Source: Candidatus Dojkabacteria bacterium (GTDB lineage Bacteria; Patescibacteriota; Dojkabacteria; SC72; JAHDCA01). From it: a stretch of DNA of 64,000 nt. The position numbers were made by a program, and so were the translations under genes. The notes below the pieces were generated by a model. The model worked only from the letters and a program-made list of their open reading frames with translations, made no database searches and was not told the DNA's origin. The stretch's first letter is position 1; each line of letters starts with the position of its first letter. The stretch covers positions 587,686-651,685 of the forward strand of contig CP129478.1 in assembly GCA_030583845.1 (NCBI GenBank), read 5' to 3'. This document shows positions 17,543 through 24,810 of the stretch, piece after piece.

Positions 17543-18559
17543 CTATACGACCTTCTTTATTTTCACTATAAAGAATGCCTGCATCCTTGATCCAGGAATA
17601 ACCCTGATTGCCTTCCTAAGCTCTCGGTCATAGAAATTGCCGCTCCATTTCGTAATTCCTGAAGTCACAAACGATCGATAATCATCAAATTTTGCATCAC
17701 CTGTGATAGGGATCTCAAGAATCTCTACATCCTTGCGCAACCTTAGAAGCCTAGTGACAACACCCTCATTTTCATCTGGCTCCAATGTGCATGTTGAGTA
17801 CACCATCTCGCCACCAGGCTTGAGTGCATCAAATGCTGATAATATCAATCGTTCCTGTACTTTGACCATTGCCTTGATCTTCTTTATATTCCAGAATCGC
17901 AACGGCTTCTCACCTTTCAGGTAGATCATCCCTTCGCCGCTACATGGGGCGTCGAGCAAAATCTTGCTGAATTTATTCTGGTGGGTGTGGCCAAGCTTGG
18001 CTGCATCACCGATGGTTACTTTTGCATTGGTGACATGGAATTCGCTAAGAACTCGCTTCAAAGAACTAAGTCGCTGAAAATTCTCGTCGTTGGCAATAAT
18101 TTCGCCTTTGTTGTTCATCATTGCTGCGAGCTGTGTGGTCTTGCTGCCCGGTGCTGCACACATATCGAGCACATAATCGCCCTCGCTTGGGTTGAGGATC
18201 ACTCCAGGGAGCATGCTTGATAAATTCTGGATGTAGAAAAGCCCTTTGCGGTACTCCTCCATCTTTCCCAGCTCAGATTTATCTTTATTCGTGACTATAA
18301 AAGTATGCTTCGACCATGGAACTTGCTCGAGCTGTATCCCTTTGGATAGCAGCTTTTTCTCAATATCGTCTGGGTTAGCTGCGAGATTGTTCAGGCGAAT
18401 AGTGGATACCGTGCGCTGGCTAAAATGGTTGCGCACATCTTTTTTCGACATTTTTAGAATGCTTGCGAGTCGTGATAAGAAGATCTCTTCTTTTGTGAAA
18501 AATCGCTCCTCTTGCTGCTTTCCTCGCTTCTGTTTGTAGTTTGACCTAGTTCTTTTCAT
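17543..18559 (-). CDS. rsmB: rRNA cytosine-C5 methyltransferase, RsmB/RsmF (NOL1/NOP2/Sun) family.
   Basis: DMCAAPGSKT (AdoMet motif I) and DAPCSGEG (motif IV catalytic Cys). Confidence 0.8.
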   Translation of the reverse strand: MKRTRSNYKQKRGKQQEERFFTKEEIFLSRLASILKMSKKDVRNHFSQRTVSTIRLNNLAANPDDIEKKLLSKGIQLEQVPWSKHTFIVTNKDKSELGKMEEYRKGLFYIQNLSSMLPGVILNPSEGDYVLDMCAAPGSKTTQLAAMMNNKGEIIANDENFQRLSSLKRVLSEFHVTNAKVTIGDAAKLGHTHQNKFSKILLDAPCSGEGMIYLKGEKPLRFWNIKKIKAMVKVQERLILSAFDALKPGGEMVYSTCTLEPDENEGVVTRLLRLRKDVEILEIPITGDAKFDDYRSFVTSGITKWSGNFYDRELRKAIRVIPGSRMQAFFIVKIKKVV

Positions 18560-18612
18560 TGCTGTTTTACTAAATTGGGTAAGCCCAATATTATTGTTGT
18601 GATTATATTATA

Positions 18613-19356
18613 CTAGAGGGCTTTTTGCACGTACTTAATTATAGAGATTAGCATCAGTGCAGGAGTCTCGGTTCTCAGCATATTTCCCTTCAGGTTAACG
18701 AATTGAAAGCCTAGTCCTCGCAATTTCGCGATATCTGCTGCACTCCAGCCCTTTTCCGGACCAATCGCTATGGTGAAATCGGAGCTGCTGTGCTTTTCAT
18801 TGACGTATTCATATATGGAAGTGGTATCCATCGGCTCTGTGCTCAAGGCGATGCGGATCTCGCTACTAGCTTGAGGTAGGCGAAGATTTTCTAGCTTTTG
18901 CAATCGCTCTAGCTGTGGTGGAGTGGTGGTACGGCTTTGTATCACCGCATCGTTAACAATTTTCGACCAGAGGCCCTCTTTCTTCTGATACTTCTCGAAT
19001 TTCAGCAGGCAAAGCTCGGAGTGAATCGGTAAAATTTGTGTCGCCCCAAGCTCCACGGCTTTCTCTAGGAAGAAATTGAACTTGCTCTCATTTGAAGCTG
19101 CTTGCATGACAGTAATTTTGTGACTCGATCGCGGCATTTGCGAAATTTCTTTGCTAAGCTGCTTCATCACCTCTATCTCAACAGTGGCCTTGTCAATGAA
19201 AACAACAGTCGCGAGAAAACTTCCTGAGGGTGAGTCGACTTCTACTGTGTCTTCGAGTGCGACATCTTCCTGATTAATCAATATATCGCTGTCTCTATCT
19301 GATAGATTCGCAATATCCCCAGTCGAGATTTTGTGCGGTATGTAGACTTTCTTCAT
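18613..19356 (-). CDS. rsmE: 16S rRNA (uracil1498-N3)-methyltransferase RsmE.
   Basis: C-terminal GPEKGWSAADI...LGF..V.LKGNMLRTETPALMLISII matches the RsmE signature GPEGGWS...LR.ETA. Confidence 0.8.
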   Translation of the reverse strand: MKKVYIPHKISTGDIANLSDRDSDILINQEDVALEDTVEVDSPSGSFLATVVFIDKATVEIEVMKQLSKEISQMPRSSHKITVMQAASNESKFNFFLEKAVELGATQILPIHSELCLLKFEKYQKKEGLWSKIVNDAVIQSRTTTPPQLERLQKLENLRLPQASSEIRIALSTEPMDTTSIYEYVNEKHSSSDFTIAIGPEKGWSAADIAKLRGLGFQFVNLKGNMLRTETPALMLISIIKYVQKAL

Positions 19357-19376
19357 ATTCGGTCATCCCTAAGTTG

Positions 19377-19414
19377 CTCTGAGATTAAGAGCTCAGACCC
19401 GATCGGGTCTGAGC
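19377..19414. promoter_or_regulatory. Palindromic operator-like array in the divergent rsmE / membrane-protein intergenic region.
   Basis: Perfect 24-bp palindrome GCTCAGACCCGATCGGGTCTGAGC at 19391-19414. A third TCTGAG half-site lies at 19377-19382, about 20 bp from the rsmE start codon. Confidence 0.4.
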
Positions 19415-19529
19415 GATTGAGCTATTCCTTATGACTATAGCAGAAATTAAGAAACCTTTATCATTAAGGTTACGAAAAAATAAATCTGGCGTATACTTCA
19501 ACAGTAGAATATAACTTTTATTTATAAGG

Positions 19530-21692
19530 TTGCAGCATATGAACGGGAAGAATGAATCCACCAAGGCTAAAAATAGCCACGAGTCCCAGGATAAGCAGGA
19601 AGGTCGCGTAACTAAGGGTAGCGATAGTAAGGGCTCAAACATCTATGCAACTTACGCATTACTCTCTGGACTCTTTCTTGGACTTATCTCAGCATATCTA
19701 TTCTTCTGGAAGGTCCCTGGAGTATCGGTTTCACTTTTCGCACTCGTAGCAATCGGTGTTGTGCTACTTCCTCTATTAACCCTCGGTGGCAAAGAAATTA
19801 TGAAGAGAGTCGGCTGGAATGCACTTCCAGCTATGCTCGGCTTATCACTAGCCTTTGTATATCTATACCGACTTAATCCGGCAGCACTAGCACTTGGGGT
19901 GATATTTCTACCGATGGTTTACTCGATGCTTTATGTCGCAGCGTTTAACCCTGAGATGCTAAACAATCTGGGGATATTAAAGACGATGGTATTGCCGTTT
20001 GTCATGGTATTCTCCTGGTTTGTCGACATTGTTAATTTTGTTCAAAATATCAAGCTTGGTGGCATCAAATCCGAGAGGAGCAGGTCAGTCATAAGGCGTG
20101 TACTCCTGGGAACAGCTGTCGCATTGCCGTTCCTGTTGGTTTTCTTAGTAATGTTCACTGCTGCTGACCGGGTCTTTGCAAAATATGTGATGGAGTTCTT
20201 TGAGTCGATCTTTGGCGAGATATTTAAAGATTGGGAAACATTCACATCCTTTGTCGTGAAGGCTATCTTCTCGGCATTGATCGCCATCTACTTCATGGTA
20301 TTTAACTTCTCGCTGTACAATGAGAATTCCGCACTTAGAAAGTATATCCGTAAGACAGAGCAACCTAGTGTGGATATCAAGCGAAACTGGGATGGTTTCA
20401 CTGTCTCAATCTTTCTGACATTAATCAATGTCCTCTTCTTCCTCTTCGTCGCGGTGCAGTTCTACTATCTATTTGCCGGCGAGCAGAACATTCTTGGCTC
20501 GGATGCCAACTTTACATATGCGCAGTATGCTCGACGAGGGTTTGTGGAGCTGCTAATTGTCGCAGTAATCGTGTTCGGCATCGGCTATGTTTTGAATCTC
20601 AAGACAAATGCAGTCGGCAAGCTGCAGAGGATCTTTTTCACAACTAATTATGTTCTGCTTCTACTTTTCACATTCATCATCTCGATCTCGGCTCACATGC
20701 GCTTGGGATTAGTGGAATCAACTTATGGGATCACGGGACTTCGATTGACTGGACACTATATCTACCTGGTTATAGATATTTTGCTGTTACTGTTGGCTGT
20801 CGCGCTTCTGGTGAAGGAGCGAGCGAAATTTGCTGCAGCTGGGACGATTGCTGTCCTATTGGCGTCGATTGCAATCTACTTTATGACACCAATTGATCTA
20901 GTGGTAGCGCAGATGAACTATGAGCGGTTTAAGAATGACGGAAAGGTTGACCTATCATATTTGACAACTCTCTCTGATGAGGCTATCCCAGTGCTTGTGG
21001 CTATGTATTACGATGATGAGATGACTCCGCTTTCTAGAACATTGCTTGGTGCACACCTTGAGCAGAGGTATGACGAGATTAAAGACCAAAGAAAATTATG
21101 GCAGGAGTTCAACATTCTGGATAGATACAATAAGCAGGAGCTGAAGAAGATTGTCGAGGATGAATCGAGTCTTGTCGAGGATGCCGAAGAAGGTCTGCGA
21201 GAATTCTTGGATGATTACTCTGAAGCCTTGGAAGCCGGTAACTATAAAGAGGCTCACGAGAGATTCTGGTCTGAGAATACCAGAGCTATGCGCGATGAGG
21301 AGTTTGATGGTATTACAGTGACTAGTTATGAATACACCTCGATACCTGAATTTGAATACTGGTATCTGCTAGGTGACAATGCTCGCCAGCTTTGGTGGAG
21401 CGATGACAATTATGATTACTGGACTGGCATGTATGTGTATGCAAATATGCGCTATTCATTTGTCGACGACTATGGTTACAGGCAGTATGGCTGTCGAAGC
21501 GATTCGCTGCGCGTGAAGATCGAGAATGGCGAGTGGAAAATTATGTATGCCGATTCATTTAACCTTGGGCGTTTCGAGGATGCGGGTAATTCTAGCTACT
21601 ACTCGGAGAATGATAGCCTCGAGCATTTGAAGGAGTTGCCTGCCCCGGGTGAGTACGATTATGGTTACGATGATTACGACAACTGCTACTAA
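19530..21692 (+). CDS. Polytopic integral membrane protein (about 10 predicted TM helices) with a C-terminal Tyr/Asp/Trp-rich soluble domain.
   Basis: Multiple 20-25-residue hydrophobic stretches. The C-terminal ~230 aa are acidic and aromatic-rich (YDYGYDDYDNCY). Confidence 0.6.
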   Translation: MQHMNGKNESTKAKNSHESQDKQEGRVTKGSDSKGSNIYATYALLSGLFLGLISAYLFFWKVPGVSVSLFALVAIGVVLLPLLTLGGKEIMKRVGWNALPAMLGLSLAFVYLYRLNPAALALGVIFLPMVYSMLYVAAFNPEMLNNLGILKTMVLPFVMVFSWFVDIVNFVQNIKLGGIKSERSRSVIRRVLLGTAVALPFLLVFLVMFTAADRVFAKYVMEFFESIFGEIFKDWETFTSFVVKAIFSALIAIYFMVFNFSLYNENSALRKYIRKTEQPSVDIKRNWDGFTVSIFLTLINVLFFLFVAVQFYYLFAGEQNILGSDANFTYAQYARRGFVELLIVAVIVFGIGYVLNLKTNAVGKLQRIFFTTNYVLLLLFTFIISISAHMRLGLVESTYGITGLRLTGHYIYLVIDILLLLLAVALLVKERAKFAAAGTIAVLLASIAIYFMTPIDLVVAQMNYERFKNDGKVDLSYLTTLSDEAIPVLVAMYYDDEMTPLSRTLLGAHLEQRYDEIKDQRKLWQEFNILDRYNKQELKKIVEDESSLVEDAEEGLREFLDDYSEALEAGNYKEAHERFWSENTRAMRDEEFDGITVTSYEYTSIPEFEYWYLLGDNARQLWWSDDNYDYWTGMYVYANMRYSFVDDYGYRQYGCRSDSLRVKIENGEWKIMYADSFNLGRFEDAGNSSYYSENDSLEHLKELPAPGEYDYGYDDYDNCY

Positions 21693-21742
21693 AACTATGG
21701 TCTAACCAAGTCTGTCTTGCAACCACTATCGGTTTGTTGTAA

Positions 21743-21779
21743 TTTGATAATAAGAAAACATTAAGTTCTTATTATCAAA
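21743..21779 (+). promoter_or_regulatory. Perfect 14-bp inverted repeat abutting the start codon of surface paralog 1.
   Basis: TTTGATAATAAGAA-aacattaag-TTCTTATTATCAAA. It ends 2 nt before the ATG at 21782 and occupies the RBS position. Confidence 0.5.
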
Positions 21780-21781
21780 CA

Positions 21782-23071
21782 ATGCGCAATCGCAAACTTT
21801 TCAAGGTTGTTGTGGTCTCGGCACTCGTGTTATTTGGCGGGTTTGTGGCTTTTCTCGGCTACACCTACTGGCAAACAAGCCCATCCAAATTATACGTCAC
21901 CAACATCACTGACCGTTCCGCTTCCATCTCGTGGGTCAGCAATGAGGCTACAACTGGTGTAGTGATAGTAAAGGAGGGCAACTACATGCTCCCTCTTAAG
22001 CTCACGACTAATGGTAGTACCCGCGCCGGCTTCGATGATAGAGATCGTGCCCGTGCAGAGCTTGAAGCATCCGAGCAGACAGCTGAAAATCTTGCAGATG
22101 GCACAGCCGCCACAGCAGATGATGTCCAGACAGATGTAACGATCAAGAACTATGGCGAGTATTATGTGCACCACGCCACAATCACAAATCTAAAGCCCGA
22201 AACTGAGTACGACTTTATGGTAGGCAATGGCTGGTTCTTCCACAAGGAGAAGAGTGTCGTTGGTGGATCAGACAAATTTACTACTTTCGCACAGCTTGAT
22301 CAGCTTGCCACTCCAAACCCATCATATGGCAAGGTGGTTCTACCTGGTGAAGGTGATGATTACGAATCGAGCACTGACTCAGTGCTTTATATGAGAGTGG
22401 ATTTTGGCGGTAACAAAGTATCTCAGGTATTGTCTTCGGTAACTGCTGAGAATGGATCATGGTATATCGACCTTGGAAATGCTCGAGATGAATTCGGCAA
22501 TGAGGTCGGAGAGGTGACAGAGGATTTAAATGAGAAGGTATGGGTCGAGGGTGGTCCAAATGGTATGGTTGAAGAGTTCGATAACCCTACAAGTCTGGAT
22601 GCGCCGATGCAGATACTGTTCTTAGAAACTGATGAGGTTGAGGCACGAGCGCCTTTTGATTTCTTAGCAGGTGAAGTAAATGCTGAGTGCTGTGAGGCGT
22701 TTACCTGTGTTGATGCCGACGGGACTACTGTAGCTTCGTATGGTGGTGACGATGACTTTGGAGGAGGTAGTTGTGAGACAAGAAAGACAGGCATCTGTCC
22801 GAGTGGTAGTTCGCCTGTAGGTGGAGCGAAGTGTGGTGATACATCATCGACACCTGGAGCTCCTTCGCAGCCTGGTGGTAGTCCAACTGCTCCAGCAGGG
22901 GCATGTTCGAGCCCTCAGTCAGGAAATTGCCACAACAAATACAACACATCGATCCAGATAGGGTCTAATCCGTATAATGCCTGCACTTGCACATTTTTAG
23001 ACAGCTCTAATCCGGCACTGTGCGGTTGCCATTATATTCCCTCCACAGACACCATCTCCTTCCAATCCTGA
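21782..23071 (+). CDS. Surface protein paralog 1, N-terminal part. It has an N-terminal TM anchor, an FN3/purple-acid-phosphatase-N-like domain, and the start of a Cys-rich region. It is probably the 5' portion of one frameshifted gene running to 24399.
   Basis: Hydrophobic KLFKVVVVSALVLFGGFVAFLGY. Domain signature SASISWVS...YYVHHATITNLKPETEYDFMVG. The Cys/Pro-rich tail continues without stops in another frame (23001-23459). Confidence 0.6.
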   Translation: MRNRKLFKVVVVSALVLFGGFVAFLGYTYWQTSPSKLYVTNITDRSASISWVSNEATTGVVIVKEGNYMLPLKLTTNGSTRAGFDDRDRARAELEASEQTAENLADGTAATADDVQTDVTIKNYGEYYVHHATITNLKPETEYDFMVGNGWFFHKEKSVVGGSDKFTTFAQLDQLATPNPSYGKVVLPGEGDDYESSTDSVLYMRVDFGGNKVSQVLSSVTAENGSWYIDLGNARDEFGNEVGEVTEDLNEKVWVEGGPNGMVEEFDNPTSLDAPMQILFLETDEVEARAPFDFLAGEVNAECCEAFTCVDADGTTVASYGGDDDFGGGSCETRKTGICPSGSSPVGGAKCGDTSSTPGAPSQPGGSPTAPAGACSSPQSGNCHNKYNTSIQIGSNPYNACTCTFLDSSNPALCGCHYIPSTDTISFQS

Positions 23072-23217
23072 GCCATCTGAAGTCGTCGCTCAACCCGGTG
23101 TTAACTGTGGCTCGCCTAGCAGTTCTAATCCATGTCCAATAACTGGACCTGAAACAGTCGTACAGGAGCCTCCGGTAGTCACACCGCCACCACCGACAAA
23201 TGATGATCCGATAACTA

Positions 23218-24399
23218 TTGAAGATGCTACAGCAATACCCGTTTCACCTGTTACCGGTGGTGATGAACCGGGCAGGTACGATGGGGTTCAGTGGACTGGT
23301 AGTAATGCGAGGGCAGAATGTGAAAGCTTATGTGATGGTAACTGTGTCGATCACTATAAGCCAGAGACTGAGGTTGGACGGTATTCAACTCCACAGTTCG
23401 CCTCAACTGCATGTGGGAATAATAGCAATTGTTATCCTGGTACTTGCGCCGTTGAGTGAGGCTTCTACTGGTGAATATGCAGCAATCTGTAACTTGTATC
23501 AATACACCGAGTGTGAAGTTTCCGATGAAATGTTTCAGGCTCCATCAGTGGTGAAGAGTGCGTACGCCCAAACCAACCCCGAATCCCAAGAGTTCCTCTT
23601 CGATCCATCAGCAGGCGTCTACTATGTGGGTGAAGCAGGTGTTTACCAGATCGAATATGAGGGTCAAACATATGAAGCAATTGTCGGAGAAGGTGATCAG
23701 AATGTAATACTGTATATCGACGAAAATGCAAATGGTACATACGATGAGGGTACGGACATTCAGATCTCAGTTAACCCATCGGAGCTAAATGTCGCCCAGA
23801 CCGCTGAGGCACACACATATGATTTGCAAGCTGGATTCAACTTTATCCACCTGCCATTTATCCCTGAAGATTACCCGATGGCATCTGACCTGTTGGAGTA
23901 TGTCAACAACGAGTATGGCGGAATTGCTTTCTCGATTGCCAAATTTGACGACACCTGGAAAGTAGTCGGTGCAAATGGTGGCGAGTTCAATGTAAATGAT
24001 TTCCAGCTCGTGCCAGGTGCTGGCTACCTGCTCAAAATAACTCAGGATACTGAGGTTACATTTACGGGGCGGGAGATCCTTTATGAAACTGAAGGCGATA
24101 CTGCGCCAGTATTCTTCGCACCAGGATGGAACTTGGTCGGTATCTACGGTAGTAATGCAGCTGTTTACTCGGCTGAATCCATGATTGACAGCCTAAACGA
24201 GTATGAAACGACAGATTTTACAGCGGTCAACGTCACACGATGGCCACCAGAGAAGGCACGGTATGAAGGATTGCAAAAGGAGATGGGTGAAGATGGAGAG
24301 TACGATGTATATGGCTTCGACTTCCCATTAAATCAGTATACTTCATACTTTGTGAGAATCACTGAAGGTACTGGTAATTGGGAGCCGGCGATGGAGTAG
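23218..24399 (+). CDS. Surface protein paralog 1, C-terminal part with the conserved ~200-aa C-terminal domain. It is probably the 3' portion of the same frameshifted gene.
   Basis: The C-terminus aligns with the C-terminus of 24782-27853: GFNFIHLPFIPEDYPMASDLLEYVNNEY...SIAKFDDTWKVVG...LVPGAGYLLK...PGWNLVGIYGS...YSAESMIDSLNE...TAVNVTRWPPEKARYEGLQKE...YGFDFPLNQYTSYFVRITEGTGNWEP. The real coding start is probably upstream by read-through from frame 3. Confidence 0.6.
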   Translation: MKMLQQYPFHLLPVVMNRAGTMGFSGLVVMRGQNVKAYVMVTVSITISQRLRLDGIQLHSSPQLHVGIIAIVILVLAPLSEASTGEYAAICNLYQYTECEVSDEMFQAPSVVKSAYAQTNPESQEFLFDPSAGVYYVGEAGVYQIEYEGQTYEAIVGEGDQNVILYIDENANGTYDEGTDIQISVNPSELNVAQTAEAHTYDLQAGFNFIHLPFIPEDYPMASDLLEYVNNEYGGIAFSIAKFDDTWKVVGANGGEFNVNDFQLVPGAGYLLKITQDTEVTFTGREILYETEGDTAPVFFAPGWNLVGIYGSNAAVYSAESMIDSLNEYETTDFTAVNVTRWPPEKARYEGLQKEMGEDGEYDVYGFDFPLNQYTSYFVRITEGTGNWEPAME

Positions 24400-24400
24400 G

Positions 24401-24561
24401 GCGCTAACCTATAATGCGTAGAATTGTACGGCTTATTAACCACCCGACCCACTTGCTTCGCAAGTGGTCGGGTGGTCGGGTGGCTAACCTTTATGGACTG
24501 TGATACTCTGATACTATCTACAGATTACAAATAAACTATTAACGCACTATGAGTTAGCGGC
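24401..24561. repeat. Composite nested palindromic element between the two surface paralogs, with family B half-sites flanking a family A hairpin.
   Basis: GCGCTAACCTATAATGCGTAG at 24401-24421. A CCACCCGACCCACTTGC-ttc-GCAAGTGGTCGGGTGG hairpin at 24440-24475. AACGCACTATGAGTTAGCGGC at 24541-24561 is the near reverse complement of the first half-site. Confidence 0.6.
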
Positions 24562-24810
24562 ATGAATAAGAAGAAGTTATACGTAATAATTGGGATTATC
24601 GCACTTTCGCTGGGCATCGCGGCGGTCAGCTTCTGGTTTGTAAATAGCAAAGCTCCCGATGTTGTGAATGTGACCAATGTGACATCGTCATCCGCGACAA
24701 TCTCGTGGGTAAGCGATGAAGCCGAACCCGGCAAGGTAATCGTCAAACGGGGTAATTACCCATTTCCATTCCAGCCGCGTAATGCAGAGCACGCAGGTAT
24801 ATTTCGATGA
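24562..24810 (+). CDS. Surface protein paralog 2, N-terminal fragment (TM anchor plus start of the FN3/PAP-N-like domain). It is truncated by a frameshift and continues in 24782-27853.
   Basis: MNKKKLYVIIGIIALSLGIAAVSFWF then SSATISWVSDEAEPGKVIVKRGNY. The stop is created at GGT ATA TTT CGA TGA. Paralog 1 reads RAGFDDRD at the same point, and here FDDRD continues in the +1 frame. Confidence 0.6.
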   Translation: MNKKKLYVIIGIIALSLGIAAVSFWFVNSKAPDVVNVTNVTSSSATISWVSDEAEPGKVIVKRGNYPFPFQPRNAEHAGIFR

